DNA of 64,000 bases from Candidatus Binatia bacterium (lineage in GTDB: Bacteria > Desulfobacterota > Binatia > UBA9968 > JAJDTQ01), in NCBI GenBank assembly GCA_963666515.2, contig OY762897.2, positions 1,472,001 to 1,536,000 on the forward strand. Direction: 5' to 3'. A program made the position numbers and the translations under genes. The notes beneath the pieces were generated by a model. The model saw only the letters and a list, made by a program, of their open reading frames with translations, made no database searches and was not told the origin of the DNA. Shown here piece after piece: positions 22,694-31,714 of this stretch; within the stretch, counting starts at the first letter, position 1; each line of letters opens with the position of its first letter.

Positions 22694-23131
22694 TCAGCTA
22701 TCCAATTCCGGCTTCGGCAGCATCATGTAAGGGATGTTGTCGTCATCGAGGGACTCCCGCTCCTCCGGCGTGGCGGTGCCGTGGATGGGGCGCTCCTCGA
22801 CTTCGCCGTCCTGGATGCGGCGGGCTTCCTGGGCGAAACGCGGACCCACGTCCTCGAAATTGTTCTGGACGTAGTGATGGACCCGGATCAGCGCTTCCTT
22901 GAAATGCTCGGGCGTGGGCATGGCGGGCTTGGAACGCAGCTCGACGGGAGCCGGCGCCGCTTCCTTCTTCATGTGGACCGCGCAGGTATGGGGCAGCTTG
23001 GTGACGGCCGTGGAGCCGCAAACGGGGCAGGCGATCTGGTTTCGGGACAACTGCTTCTGGTAGTTCTCCGGCCCGGAGAACCACCCTTCGAAACCGTGGT
23101 CGTTGTCACATGTGAGATCGTAGATGACCAT
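22694..23131 (-). CDS. DUF1178-family Zn-ribbon protein
   Basis: YDLTCDNDHGFEGWF, CPVCG, FEDVGPRFAQEARRI. Confidence 0.85.
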   Translation of the reverse strand: MVIYDLTCDNDHGFEGWFSGPENYQKQLSRNQIACPVCGSTAVTKLPHTCAVHMKKEAAPAPVELRSKPAMPTPEHFKEALIRVHHYVQNNFEDVGPRFAQEARRIQDGEVEERPIHGTATPEERESLDDDNIPYMMLPKPELDS

Positions 23132-23172
23132 GCCATCACCTGTTGCGAAGGTAACGCCGGCTCCGGGGGATG

Positions 23173-23991
23173 TCAAGATAACAGGAAATCCGTCACCACC
23201 TGGACGAAAGTGTCCCGCTCCTCGATCTGCGGCTCATGGGCCGAGTCCCGGAACCGGTAGACGCTGGAGCCCGGCACGATGGCCTGCAGGCGTTCGTCCC
23301 AGTCGGACTGGTTCAGAGGGTCGTAGTCACAGGAAATGATGAGCAGCGGCACATCCACGTTGGAGAGTTGCTGTTTGAAAGCCTCCACGGTGGAGCCCCG
23401 TTCGAATCCCGGCCGCTTCAGGCGGGCTGCTGACAGCGCCTCCCAGGCTCCGGGTCGGATCGAGTCGGCGTAGCGCACTTCCACGCACTCCGGGGTGAGC
23501 CACTTCTCGTCGTGGAACAGCAGCTTGAGGAGCTTGCGCATGTTCTCCGGGCTGGGCGTGTAGTCCTCGATGTCGGCCTGGGACTCGCTCTTGAACACTC
23601 CGGCGTTGCCGCAGATGGTCACCATCTTCTTCATGTTCAGAGGCGAGGGGTTGCGCACGGCGCTCCGCAAGAGCGTGCCGCCGCCGGCCGAGTTACCCAC
23701 GTAAAACGCCTCGCCCACGCCCGCCACTTCCATGAGCTGCGCCAGATGCGTCATCCGGAACCCGGAAGGATCGGAAAAACTGTAGATCTTGGCGGTGGCG
23801 CCGTAGCCCAGCATGTCGGGGGCGATGATGTGAAAATTGTCGGCCAGCCGGCCGATGGCCGGACCCCAGGTGGCCTCCGCGGAGGCGCCGTACTCGCCGC
23901 CGTGGAGCAGCACCAGGTCGGGCCCTTCCCCCGCTTCCAGGTAATGGGTCTCGATGCCGCCGACCCGGAGCGTACGATGTTGATACGACAT
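23173..23991 (-). CDS. Alpha/beta hydrolase (meta-cleavage hydrolase-like)
   Basis: LLHGG, APDMLGYG, GNSAGG nucleophile elbow, AHEPQ His; ATG at 23991 with GGAGGT RBS. Confidence 0.88.
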   Translation of the reverse strand: MSYQHRTLRVGGIETHYLEAGEGPDLVLLHGGEYGASAEATWGPAIGRLADNFHIIAPDMLGYGATAKIYSFSDPSGFRMTHLAQLMEVAGVGEAFYVGNSAGGGTLLRSAVRNPSPLNMKKMVTICGNAGVFKSESQADIEDYTPSPENMRKLLKLLFHDEKWLTPECVEVRYADSIRPGAWEALSAARLKRPGFERGSTVEAFKQQLSNVDVPLLIISCDYDPLNQSDWDERLQAIVPGSSVYRFRDSAHEPQIEERDTFVQVVTDFLLS

Positions 23992-24078
23992 GATCTCACC
24001 TCCTTGCTCTCGACCACGGCGCCGGAGCGCCTCACCGAACGCCTTCACCGTCTCGCGCTCCCGGGTCGCCATCACATA
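23983..24078 (-). repeat. Copy of the Rpn internal start region (matches 26327-26422)
   Basis: 88 of 96 nt identical by manual alignment; encodes YVMATRERETVKAFGEALRRRGREQGGEIMSY. Confidence 0.92.
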
Positions 24079-24191
24079 ATAGCTGATGAATACCTTGACA
24101 TGGTAGAGTGTTCGGGAACAGCGGCGCGGAATCCGAATCCGCGCCATGATGGGACCACGCGTCGATCTGCAACGAAGCGGGAGGAGACGAG

Positions 24192-25031
24192 ATGAAAAGG
24201 CTGATGGTCGCCGTGGCCGTGTTGTTCACGGCCGTCGATGCCGCCGCCAAGTGCGCTACCGAAGCAGAGGTCACCGCCTTCGTCGCCGACTACCTCTCGA
24301 ACAAGCCCACCGTGGCGCTGGCCAAGGGCGGCTCCATGGAGGACGCGCTCTGCACTCAAGCCAAGCTGACACGCGCCCTGACGCCCCACTTGGGGCCAGT
24401 GATCGGCTACAAAGTGGGTTTGACGAGCAGAGCGGTACAGGAGCGGTTCGGGGTGAACGAGCCTATGCGGGGAGTGCTCCTTCGGGACATGATACTGGAG
24501 TCCGGCGCCGTGGCGCCCGTGGACTGGGGCGCCCGGCCCGTATTCGAGGCGGATTTGGTGCTGGTGGTGGGGGATTCCGACATCAATCGCGCGGGGACGC
24601 CGGAGGAGGTAATGGCGCACGTCGCTTCGGTGCGTCCGTTCCTGGAATTGTCCGACCTCATACTGGCCGAAGGGGAGCCCTTCAACGCGGTGACGATCGT
24701 GGCGAACGCGATGGCGAAGCTGGGCGTTCTGGGCGCTGCGATTCCGGTGAAGGACAGCGTCCGAATGGCCAGGGCACTGGGAGCGATGGAGGTCGTGTTG
24801 CGCGCCGCGGACGGCGAAGTGCTGGTCAAGGCGCCGGGCAAGGCCGTGCTCGGGCATCCCGCCAATTCGCTTCTATGGCTCATGTCCAAGGGTGTGGAAG
24901 TGAAACCGGGAGATCTGGTCTCCGTCGGTTCCTTCGGCCCGCTCTTTCCGCCGGCAAAGGGAAAGGGCGGCGCCTCGGTGACTTACTCGGGGCTGCCCGG
25001 AGAGCCGACGGTGCACGTGACGTTCAAGTGA
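24192..25031 (+). CDS. 2-keto-4-pentenoate hydratase-like / FAA hydrolase family protein with signal peptide
   Basis: GYKVGLTS, EADL, LGHPANSL, GDLVSVGSF; N-terminal MKRLMVAVAVLF...AAA. Confidence 0.8.
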   Translation: MKRLMVAVAVLFTAVDAAAKCATEAEVTAFVADYLSNKPTVALAKGGSMEDALCTQAKLTRALTPHLGPVIGYKVGLTSRAVQERFGVNEPMRGVLLRDMILESGAVAPVDWGARPVFEADLVLVVGDSDINRAGTPEEVMAHVASVRPFLELSDLILAEGEPFNAVTIVANAMAKLGVLGAAIPVKDSVRMARALGAMEVVLRAADGEVLVKAPGKAVLGHPANSLLWLMSKGVEVKPGDLVSVGSFGPLFPPAKGKGGASVTYSGLPGEPTVHVTFK

Positions 25032-25056
25032 GGGTTCGCGTCCGGAGGAATATGAG

Positions 25057-25998
25057 ATGACTGGAACGCCCAACATCCCTTTGTCGCGAGAGAAGTCGGC
25101 CATGATCGGCGGAACGGGTTGTTCGTTGCTTGTGACGGCTGCCGTGCTCGCGATGATATTGTCCGGTTGTGCGGGCGGCGTGCGCTCGGTCACCCCCCCG
25201 ACACAGGCCCCGGATGCCATTGCGGACATTCTGAACAGCCGGCTGTGGGCGTCGACCTACCCGTTCGTAACAAGCTTCGGCGGCGCGGTTGCGACCTGTC
25301 AGGCGTTGGGCTGTCCGGTCCCCGACGCCATTCACATCGACCGGACTCCAACCGATGCCAGACTGCCCGACCTCGAAGGTTTCGAGCCGGTCGAATCACG
25401 GCGGGGCATCTCGCTGGCTCGGAAGGATATCACAACAGAGAAGGCCGGAGATCCAATCAGCCATCGGGCGCTGGGGGCCTGGATGGACCACGGTTTCTTT
25501 GTCATCGAAACCGTCACCGAGAGCGCGTACGACAGCTTCATCTACTACACCTTCTGGTCTGGAGACGCGACCCACACCGGTCCCGTGACCTCCACCGGCG
25601 CCTCCGCGACCTGGTCCGGGATCATGTCGGGCGTGGAGCCCTCGCCTGCCGGAGACGCCGGCGCCTTTGTCCACGGCGACGCCGCCGTGACGGTGAACGG
25701 TCTCAATGCCAATGCAAGCCCCCGGATCGATGTCGTGTTCAGCAAGATCGTGAACGAGGACACCGGGGCCAGCATCGCCGACATGGCTTGGCGCGGCCTG
25801 ACCCTTCAAGACAGAAGCTTCGGAACGGATGATGTCCGCTTCAACGACGGCACTGGATACTTCTGCAAAAAGGACTTCTGTCCACCATCGGACAGCAGTA
25901 TTTTCGGCCATTTCTATGGCCCCAACCACGAGGAAGTCGGCGGGATCTTCCATCGCGACGGCATTGCAGGCGCGTTTGCAGCCAAACGCGAAGATTGA
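25057..25998 (+). CDS. Surface lipoprotein with TbpB-like C-terminal beta-barrel
   Basis: Lipobox LSGC; C-terminus GHFYGPNHEEVGGIF...GAFAAKR resembles transferrin-binding-protein-like barrels; start may be downstream. Confidence 0.7.
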   Translation: MTGTPNIPLSREKSAMIGGTGCSLLVTAAVLAMILSGCAGGVRSVTPPTQAPDAIADILNSRLWASTYPFVTSFGGAVATCQALGCPVPDAIHIDRTPTDARLPDLEGFEPVESRRGISLARKDITTEKAGDPISHRALGAWMDHGFFVIETVTESAYDSFIYYTFWSGDATHTGPVTSTGASATWSGIMSGVEPSPAGDAGAFVHGDAAVTVNGLNANASPRIDVVFSKIVNEDTGASIADMAWRGLTLQDRSFGTDDVRFNDGTGYFCKKDFCPPSDSSIFGHFYGPNHEEVGGIFHRDGIAGAFAAKRED

Positions 25999-26056
25999 GC
26001 TGCTACCAGCCCAGGGCGTAGCCGTCGCGGCGCGGGTCGGCGGCGGCCATGAGTGT
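25978..26056. repeat. 79-bp direct repeat (lipoprotein 3' end + ggt 3' end), copy 1
   Basis: 75 of 79 nt identical to 32512-32590; minus strand encodes TLMAAADPRRDGYALGW*. Confidence 0.92.
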
Positions 26057-26116
26057 CCGGTGACGGCCTTTTGAAGCGGAGGGGATCTGAAGGCCGCTCG
26101 CTGCCTCTTCCCATAT

Positions 26117-26335
26117 CTATTTGTCGGAGGCCGACAGACTCTTTTTGAGGGCTTGAAACCGGGATTCGTCGAGCCCTGTCGCCGTTTCGATCACATCCCA
26201 GGTCACCCCCGCCCTCAACATTCCTTCAACCGCCTTCAACGTGCCCTGCCGTTCTCCCTCTTCCCGACCTCCCCGCCAACCTTCCTGACGACCCTCCTGT
26301 CTGCCTTCTTGCAGGAGTTGTTGAGCATACGACAT
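26117..26335 (-). CDS. Putative intragenic small Rpn protein (RpnS-like, 72 aa)
   Basis: ATG at 26335 preceded by GGAGGT (26342-26347); MSYAQQLLQEGRQEG...ETATGL. Confidence 0.7.
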   Translation of the reverse strand: MSYAQQLLQEGRQEGRQEGWRGGREEGERQGTLKAVEGMLRAGVTWDVIETATGLDESRFQALKKSLSASDK

Positions 26336-27098
26336 GATCTCACCTCCTTGCTCTCGACCATGGCGCCGAAGCGCTTCACCGAACGCCTCCACCACCTCAC
26401 GCTCCTGGGTCGCCATCACATACCTGATGAAACCTGATGAACACCCGCACATAGTTCATCCCGCCTGCCACCGGCAACGACGAGGCCAGCCGCGCCGCCT
26501 GCTCCAGCGCCTCCCGCAAATGGCGGTCGAACGCCGCCATCATCAACAACTGCGCCACGCGACCCCCCTCCCCGCCTCCCACTCCCCCAGGCTCCAGCCC
26601 CGTCGCGTCCAGCAGCAGGTGCTCGAACCGCGGCACCCACGGCCACCGCTGCAACCCCGTCGGGAACAGGTCCGCAAACTCCCTCGAATGCCGCCACCCG
26701 TCTCGCCCTTGGTAGAATACCAACGGCACGATGGGACGCAACCCCGGCTCTCCCGTCGATGTCTCTCCCTCCCGGAGACTCGCGTCCCAGATCCGGCAGC
26801 AGTACTTCAGCAGCCGAAACCGCATCCACCCATCCGGCGTCGATTGATGCTCCAGCAGCACGTACAACCACACCTGCTCCCCACTGCCCGCGTGCTCCAC
26901 TTCGTACAACAGGTCCGATTCGCTTTCCCGCAACCTGTCGTCCAGGAACGTCCCCTCCAGCAGCGTCAGCGTCTCCCAGTCCAGTTCCTCCCGCAACGAC
27001 GGCGGCAGAGCCATCTGCATCAGACTCCCGGCCTCCGCGGCATCCGAGAATACCGCGCGAAATAACTTGTCGTGGGGATTGCGGACTTCGTCGGCCAT
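26117..27098 (-). pseudogene. Rpn-family (YhgA-like PD-(D/E)xK nuclease) gene, frameshifted
   Basis: NPHDKLFR, ESDLLY, LLEHQS, IVPLVFYQG, C-terminal QEGRQEG repeats; frame broken by tandem duplication ACCTGATGAA x2 at 26422-26441. Confidence 0.9.
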
Positions 27099-27263
27099 TG
27101 CCTGTCTCCAGCCGGGGGACCGCGCCGCCCCTGATGCCACCCTCATGCAGTTCGCTGAAACTCACTATAACGCAGACCCCCGCCGCTTCAAGCGTCTTCA
27201 CGGCAACGACAAAGGGATTGCCGTGAAACAGTTCTGGCGACAAGGCGAGGGGGCACTTGTTGA

Positions 27264-27484
27264 GTCTTTGAGAGCGGAAGTGAACTCCAGACCGGTAAAC
27301 TGGCTACTTTGGTCTATGTTGAAGTTATCGGGGCGGCCGTAGCGCTGCAGGGCTTCTGAGAAGGCGTCCGTTCAGAAGCGAACGTCGAGGGTGTTAGGGG
27401 CCTCCGGGAGAGCGCCCGGTGGGTGACCTAGTCCATGACTGCCACCAAGTACAGGAAGCCCTTCTGAACGGGAAGTGGGTGTAG
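27264..27484 (-). pseudogene. Degenerate IS3-family transposase (integrase core) fragment
   Basis: Manual translation PVQKGFLYLVAVMD*...NTLDVRF*TDAFSEALQRYGRPDNFNIDQSSQFTG with stops and frameshifts. Confidence 0.82.
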
Positions 27485-27600
27485 GTAGGGGTCGGACCGG
27501 AGCGCTCTGTCGTCTTTCGAGCGATGGATTTCTCCGGCCCGTCCTCCGAACCGGACGTGCGACTCTCACCGCATCCGGCTCTCCATGCGCTCATGCCGTC
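27485..27600 (-). ncRNA. Group II intron 3' remnant (domains V and VI)
   Basis: 34-nt DV GAGCCGGATGCGGTGAGAGTCGCACGTCCGGTTC (27581-27548) with AGC triad and GAGA loop, then a DVI hairpin ending ...CGACCCCTAC; no RT gene in the window. Confidence 0.9.
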
Positions 27601-27672
27601 GGAGTGCCTGACGGTTCAGGTTCGTCTAGCTCTTATACGCTGCCGGCTCTCTCCAGCACTCGACCTCGCTGC

Positions 27673-29195
27673 CTAACCGAACGCTTTCAGTACTGTAGGA
27701 TGAATTTGCACCTGTCCCTGCATACGGAAGCTACGATTGCCCCGGTGGTAAGTCTGATAGATTGGCTCGGACTCACTGCCTTGTTCATGGCGCGTCCCAA
27801 AGAGCCCGAGAATGTACAGTAAATGTAAAAAATGTCGAAAATTATAAAAGTTGTGATTGTCCCCCTTGGCTCGTTCGTACACTGGCCTAATGATCTCTGC
27901 GAACTCATCGACTGTCGTCTTGTCATTTTCAAACCACATTGGCGTGTGGGTTCTCATGATATCCTCCAAGACCGCCAGTGCCTCTGGGTTTAAAAAGGGG
28001 CTAGCTGCTGATTTAAGCTCATTCCATGCCTCTTGTGAATACCGTCGCCATACCGTATTGGCCTGCGACTGGGACAGGGTGATCGATTTAGGAAAAAGTG
28101 TCTTTGCGCAGTTGAAATACCTAATAAAATCTCTCGGCTTATTCCACGTACGACTCAAAAACACGGTCGGATCAATATTGGCGAAGTAGACCTCCATTAA
28201 TCGGTGCCGATCCACAGTTCCCTGCATTCCCGCTGCGACCCTATTGAACAGCAAGGTGAATAACGGATGATCCTTATTCGCTCGGTACGTTGACCAGTTT
28301 ACGTTCACTCCTACTGATTCGACCGTATGATTGATATCTGCCGTGGCAATAATCGGGTGTTCAAGATATTCAGATCGTACCGCTGCGTAAACGTAACAGT
28401 GACTCCCCTCTTGCGCAAATCTGTCGTTCAATGACTGCACTGCCATAATGCAATCGCGAACTAAGATCGCGTCCTGTTGAAGGCTTTCTTCAGACCGATA
28501 AGCAAAATGTATTTCATCAATAATCAACCGCACAGGTCTTGAGGCTTCCCGTAGTACTTGGCATAACTTCTCAAGTAGGCTATCGTTGTTTCGCTTGATG
28601 GTTCGGCTTGCGTCAATCAAAACACGATTCCCGGTCGCCTTTGATACGTCAATATGCGCAGCCTCCAATAGGGAGGTCAAAGAGTCAAATGCCAGTTTGA
28701 TCACGTCACCGATTTTGGAGTTGCGTAGCCTATCGAATATCGTTTGTTGTTCCGCATCTAAACCGCTAGTATCGTAAGAATTCCGGTCGGATAAAACAAG
28801 AGAAATCAAAATGTAGATAAATACTCTTTTGAGGGCATACTGGTAGTGTTTGAATCTTTTTATATCTTCTTCGTCAACAACCAACGGAACACTGGAGATC
28901 TGTTGCAAATCTATTTCTTCGATGAATGCTTTCTTAAATATGAGAAACTGTACCGGCCCCGACTCCTTTACCTCGTTTTCCAAATACCTCAAGGTAGCGG
29001 TTTTTCCGGTCCCTTTTGACCGTATAACAGAAATTTCTCTCCGGAAAGCAACTCTTTTAATGGAAAATTCTCCGTCATCAGAAAACTATGGATGAACAAA
29101 GGTTCGCGGCGGCCACGCAGAGCCGCGAAATATTCGGCATTCGCATCGGCCTCGCCGAACTGAATTTCCCCAAGACGCAATAAATTACCTGTCAT
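27673..29195 (-). pseudogene. P-loop ATPase (FunZ/Sll1717-like), split by a -1 frameshift inside Walker A
   Basis: FGEADA N-terminus; YGQKG|TGKT restored by a -1 shift at ~29010-29016; Walker B LIIDE, AVRSE, PRD motifs; AT-rich. Confidence 0.75.
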
Positions 29196-29729
29196 CTCAC
29201 TACCCCTCTCCGAAACTCCCTTTACCCGGTATTGGGCGACTACAACTGATTTGATCACAAATCCGGCTATCCTCGGTCATACCCTCCGAACAGGCACAGG
29301 GTGTGGCAGTTCTGTTATGCTACGACCAAAGCAGCGTGCCGCGGCTTCTAAATAGGCAGAACCACGCGCGAAAGGGCGTGATATGGCCTAGCCTCTCGAG
29401 GTCCACGAGGGTTGTCCGCAGCTGCTTTAACCCGCGCGGGTCGCAACAGTTGGCACGCCAGTACTTGAAGCTCCAGCGGAACCGTGAGCCAACCGGCCCA
29501 AGGTTACGCAGTCCCCGCGGCATAAGACGATCACCCGTAATCGTCCCGGAACACGAGATCAGCACGCAAACGTCCTTCTAAATCCCGCAGCCGTCTGCTT
29601 GTCGAGACAGCAGCATCCGTCTCGTCGAACCCATCCTCATCCACTCCGCTGGCTCGATCCATACCATCGCATCTCAACTCCATTAACCCAACTCCTGCCC
29701 GATGCCCCAATTGATGCGACGTCGTTAAA

Positions 29730-31714
29730 CTGAAGTTCTGGGGCCGGATTCCGGCCTGACAGCCTCTAACTCATTGTATTGGATAGACATTTGGGGATTC
29801 AAGGGCAGATTTCAGGCGTAACATGTAGTCACTAAATAGGCTTGACTGATTCGGTGATTGTGCTACAATCCCATGTATGCCAAGACGCAAGGCCGCCGTA
29901 CACGTCGTTACTACCACGCGTCGATACAAAGACCGAGTCTACACCACCCACCTGCTCAGGCGCTCCTACCGCGAAAACGGCAAGGTCAAAAACGAAACCG
30001 TCGGCAACCTCTCCCACCTGCCCGATTCGGTGGTGGAACTGGTGCGCCTCGCACTCGGCGGCAAGACCCTGGTGCCGGCCGAGGAGGCATTGCAAGTGTT
30101 GCGCTCACGCCCCCATGGACACGTGGCTGCGGTGCTGGGCACGGTCAAGGCGCTGGGGCTGGAGCGGCTGCTGGACTCTCGGCACAGCGTCCAACGCGAC
30201 CGTAGTGTGGCCTTGATCGTGTCCCGGGTGCTGTGTCCGGACTCGAAGCTGGCCACGGCGCGGGCGTTGGATGCCGAGAGTGCGACGTCCACCCTGGGCG
30301 AGGAACTCGGCCTTGAGGCGGTGCAGGCCGAAGAGTTGTATGAGGCCATGGACTGGCTGGGGGAGCGTCAGGGGCGCATCGAACGCAGTCTGGCCAAGCG
30401 CCATCTCCACCACGGCACGCTGGTGCTCTACGACGTGACTTCGAGCTATCTCGAAGGGCGGCGCTGCCCGCTGGGGCGCATCGGCTACTCGCGGGACGGC
30501 AAGAAAGGCAAGCTGCAGATCGTCTACGGGTTACTGTGCAACGCCGACGGCTGTCCGGTGGCGGTGGAGGTCTACGAGGGCAACACCGCTGACCCGAGCA
30601 CTTTGGCGGACCAGATCCACAAGGTCCGCGAGCGCTTCGGGCTCGAGCGTGTGGTGTTCGTCGGCGATCGGGGAATGTTGACCAGTGCGCGCATCGACGA
30701 GGAACTGCGCCCGGTGGAGGGTCTGGACTGGATCAGTGCACTACGCAGCGATGCCGTCGCCAAGCTCGCCCAAGACCAAGGCCCCTTGCAGTCGTCCCTG
30801 TTCGACCACACCGACCTGGCTGAAATCGCTCATCCAGACTTCCCCGGCGAACGCCTCATCGCCTGCCTCAACCCCCTGCTGTGCCAGGAGCGTCGGCGCA
30901 AACGCCAAGCCCTGCTGGACGCCACCGAGCAGGAACTGGACAAGATCGTCCGGGCCACCCAACGCCCCAAACGACCGCTTCGCGGTGAGAGCGCCATCGC
31001 ACTGCGGGTGGGCCGGGTGTTGGGCCGCTTCAAGATGGCCAAGCACTTCGACATGACCGTCACCGAGTCCTCGTTCCGCTATCAGCGCAAATCCGACGCC
31101 ATCGCTCAAGAGGCCCGCCTCGACGGCCTCTACGTCATCCGCACCTCCGTCCCTGAGCCCCTCCTCGATGCCACTTCCACCGTCAGCGCCTATAAACGCC
31201 TCGCCGCAGTCGAGCGCGCCTTCCGATGCCTCAAGACCGTGGACCTCCACGTGCGCCCGATCCACCACCGCCTGTCCCAGCGCGTGCGCGCCCACGTCTT
31301 CCTGTGCATGCTCGCCTACTACGTCGAGTGGCACATGCGGCGAGCCTGGGCTCCACTCTTGTTCGCCGAAGACGACCCCCAGGACGCCGCTCGCCGCCGC
31401 CCCTCCCCCGTCAGCCCCAGCGTGCCCTCCCACAGCTCCGAGCGCAAAGCCGCCACCCGCCGAACCCCACAGGGGCAACCCGTGCACCACTTCCGCGGTC
31501 TGCTCCGCCACTTGGCCACCCTCACCCGCAATACCCTTCAACTCCAAGGCTCAAAGCTGACCTTCCAACAACTCACCCTCCCCACCGACCTCCAACGCCT
31601 CGCCTTGGAACTCCTCCACCTCAAACTCCCCGTGTAGTCAGAACCCGTACTGCCGTCTCAATCCTATTCCCCCTAAATTCAACCACTTACGCTGTCTTGG
31701 CCTCAGAACTTCAG
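29730..31714 (+). mobile_element. IS1634-family insertion sequence
   Basis: Terminal IRs CTGAAGTTCTGGGGCC / CTGAAGTTCTGAGGCC (15 of 16) and 6-bp target duplication GTTAAA (29724-29729, 31715-31720). Confidence 0.93.
29877..31637 (+). CDS. IS1634-family DDE transposase
   Basis: LYDVTSSY, GYSRDGK, VGDRGM, YKRLAAVERAFRCLK, RVRAHVFLC. Confidence 0.93.
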   Translation: MPRRKAAVHVVTTTRRYKDRVYTTHLLRRSYRENGKVKNETVGNLSHLPDSVVELVRLALGGKTLVPAEEALQVLRSRPHGHVAAVLGTVKALGLERLLDSRHSVQRDRSVALIVSRVLCPDSKLATARALDAESATSTLGEELGLEAVQAEELYEAMDWLGERQGRIERSLAKRHLHHGTLVLYDVTSSYLEGRRCPLGRIGYSRDGKKGKLQIVYGLLCNADGCPVAVEVYEGNTADPSTLADQIHKVRERFGLERVVFVGDRGMLTSARIDEELRPVEGLDWISALRSDAVAKLAQDQGPLQSSLFDHTDLAEIAHPDFPGERLIACLNPLLCQERRRKRQALLDATEQELDKIVRATQRPKRPLRGESAIALRVGRVLGRFKMAKHFDMTVTESSFRYQRKSDAIAQEARLDGLYVIRTSVPEPLLDATSTVSAYKRLAAVERAFRCLKTVDLHVRPIHHRLSQRVRAHVFLCMLAYYVEWHMRRAWAPLLFAEDDPQDAARRRPSPVSPSVPSHSSERKAATRRTPQGQPVHHFRGLLRHLATLTRNTLQLQGSKLTFQQLTLPTDLQRLALELLHLKLPV

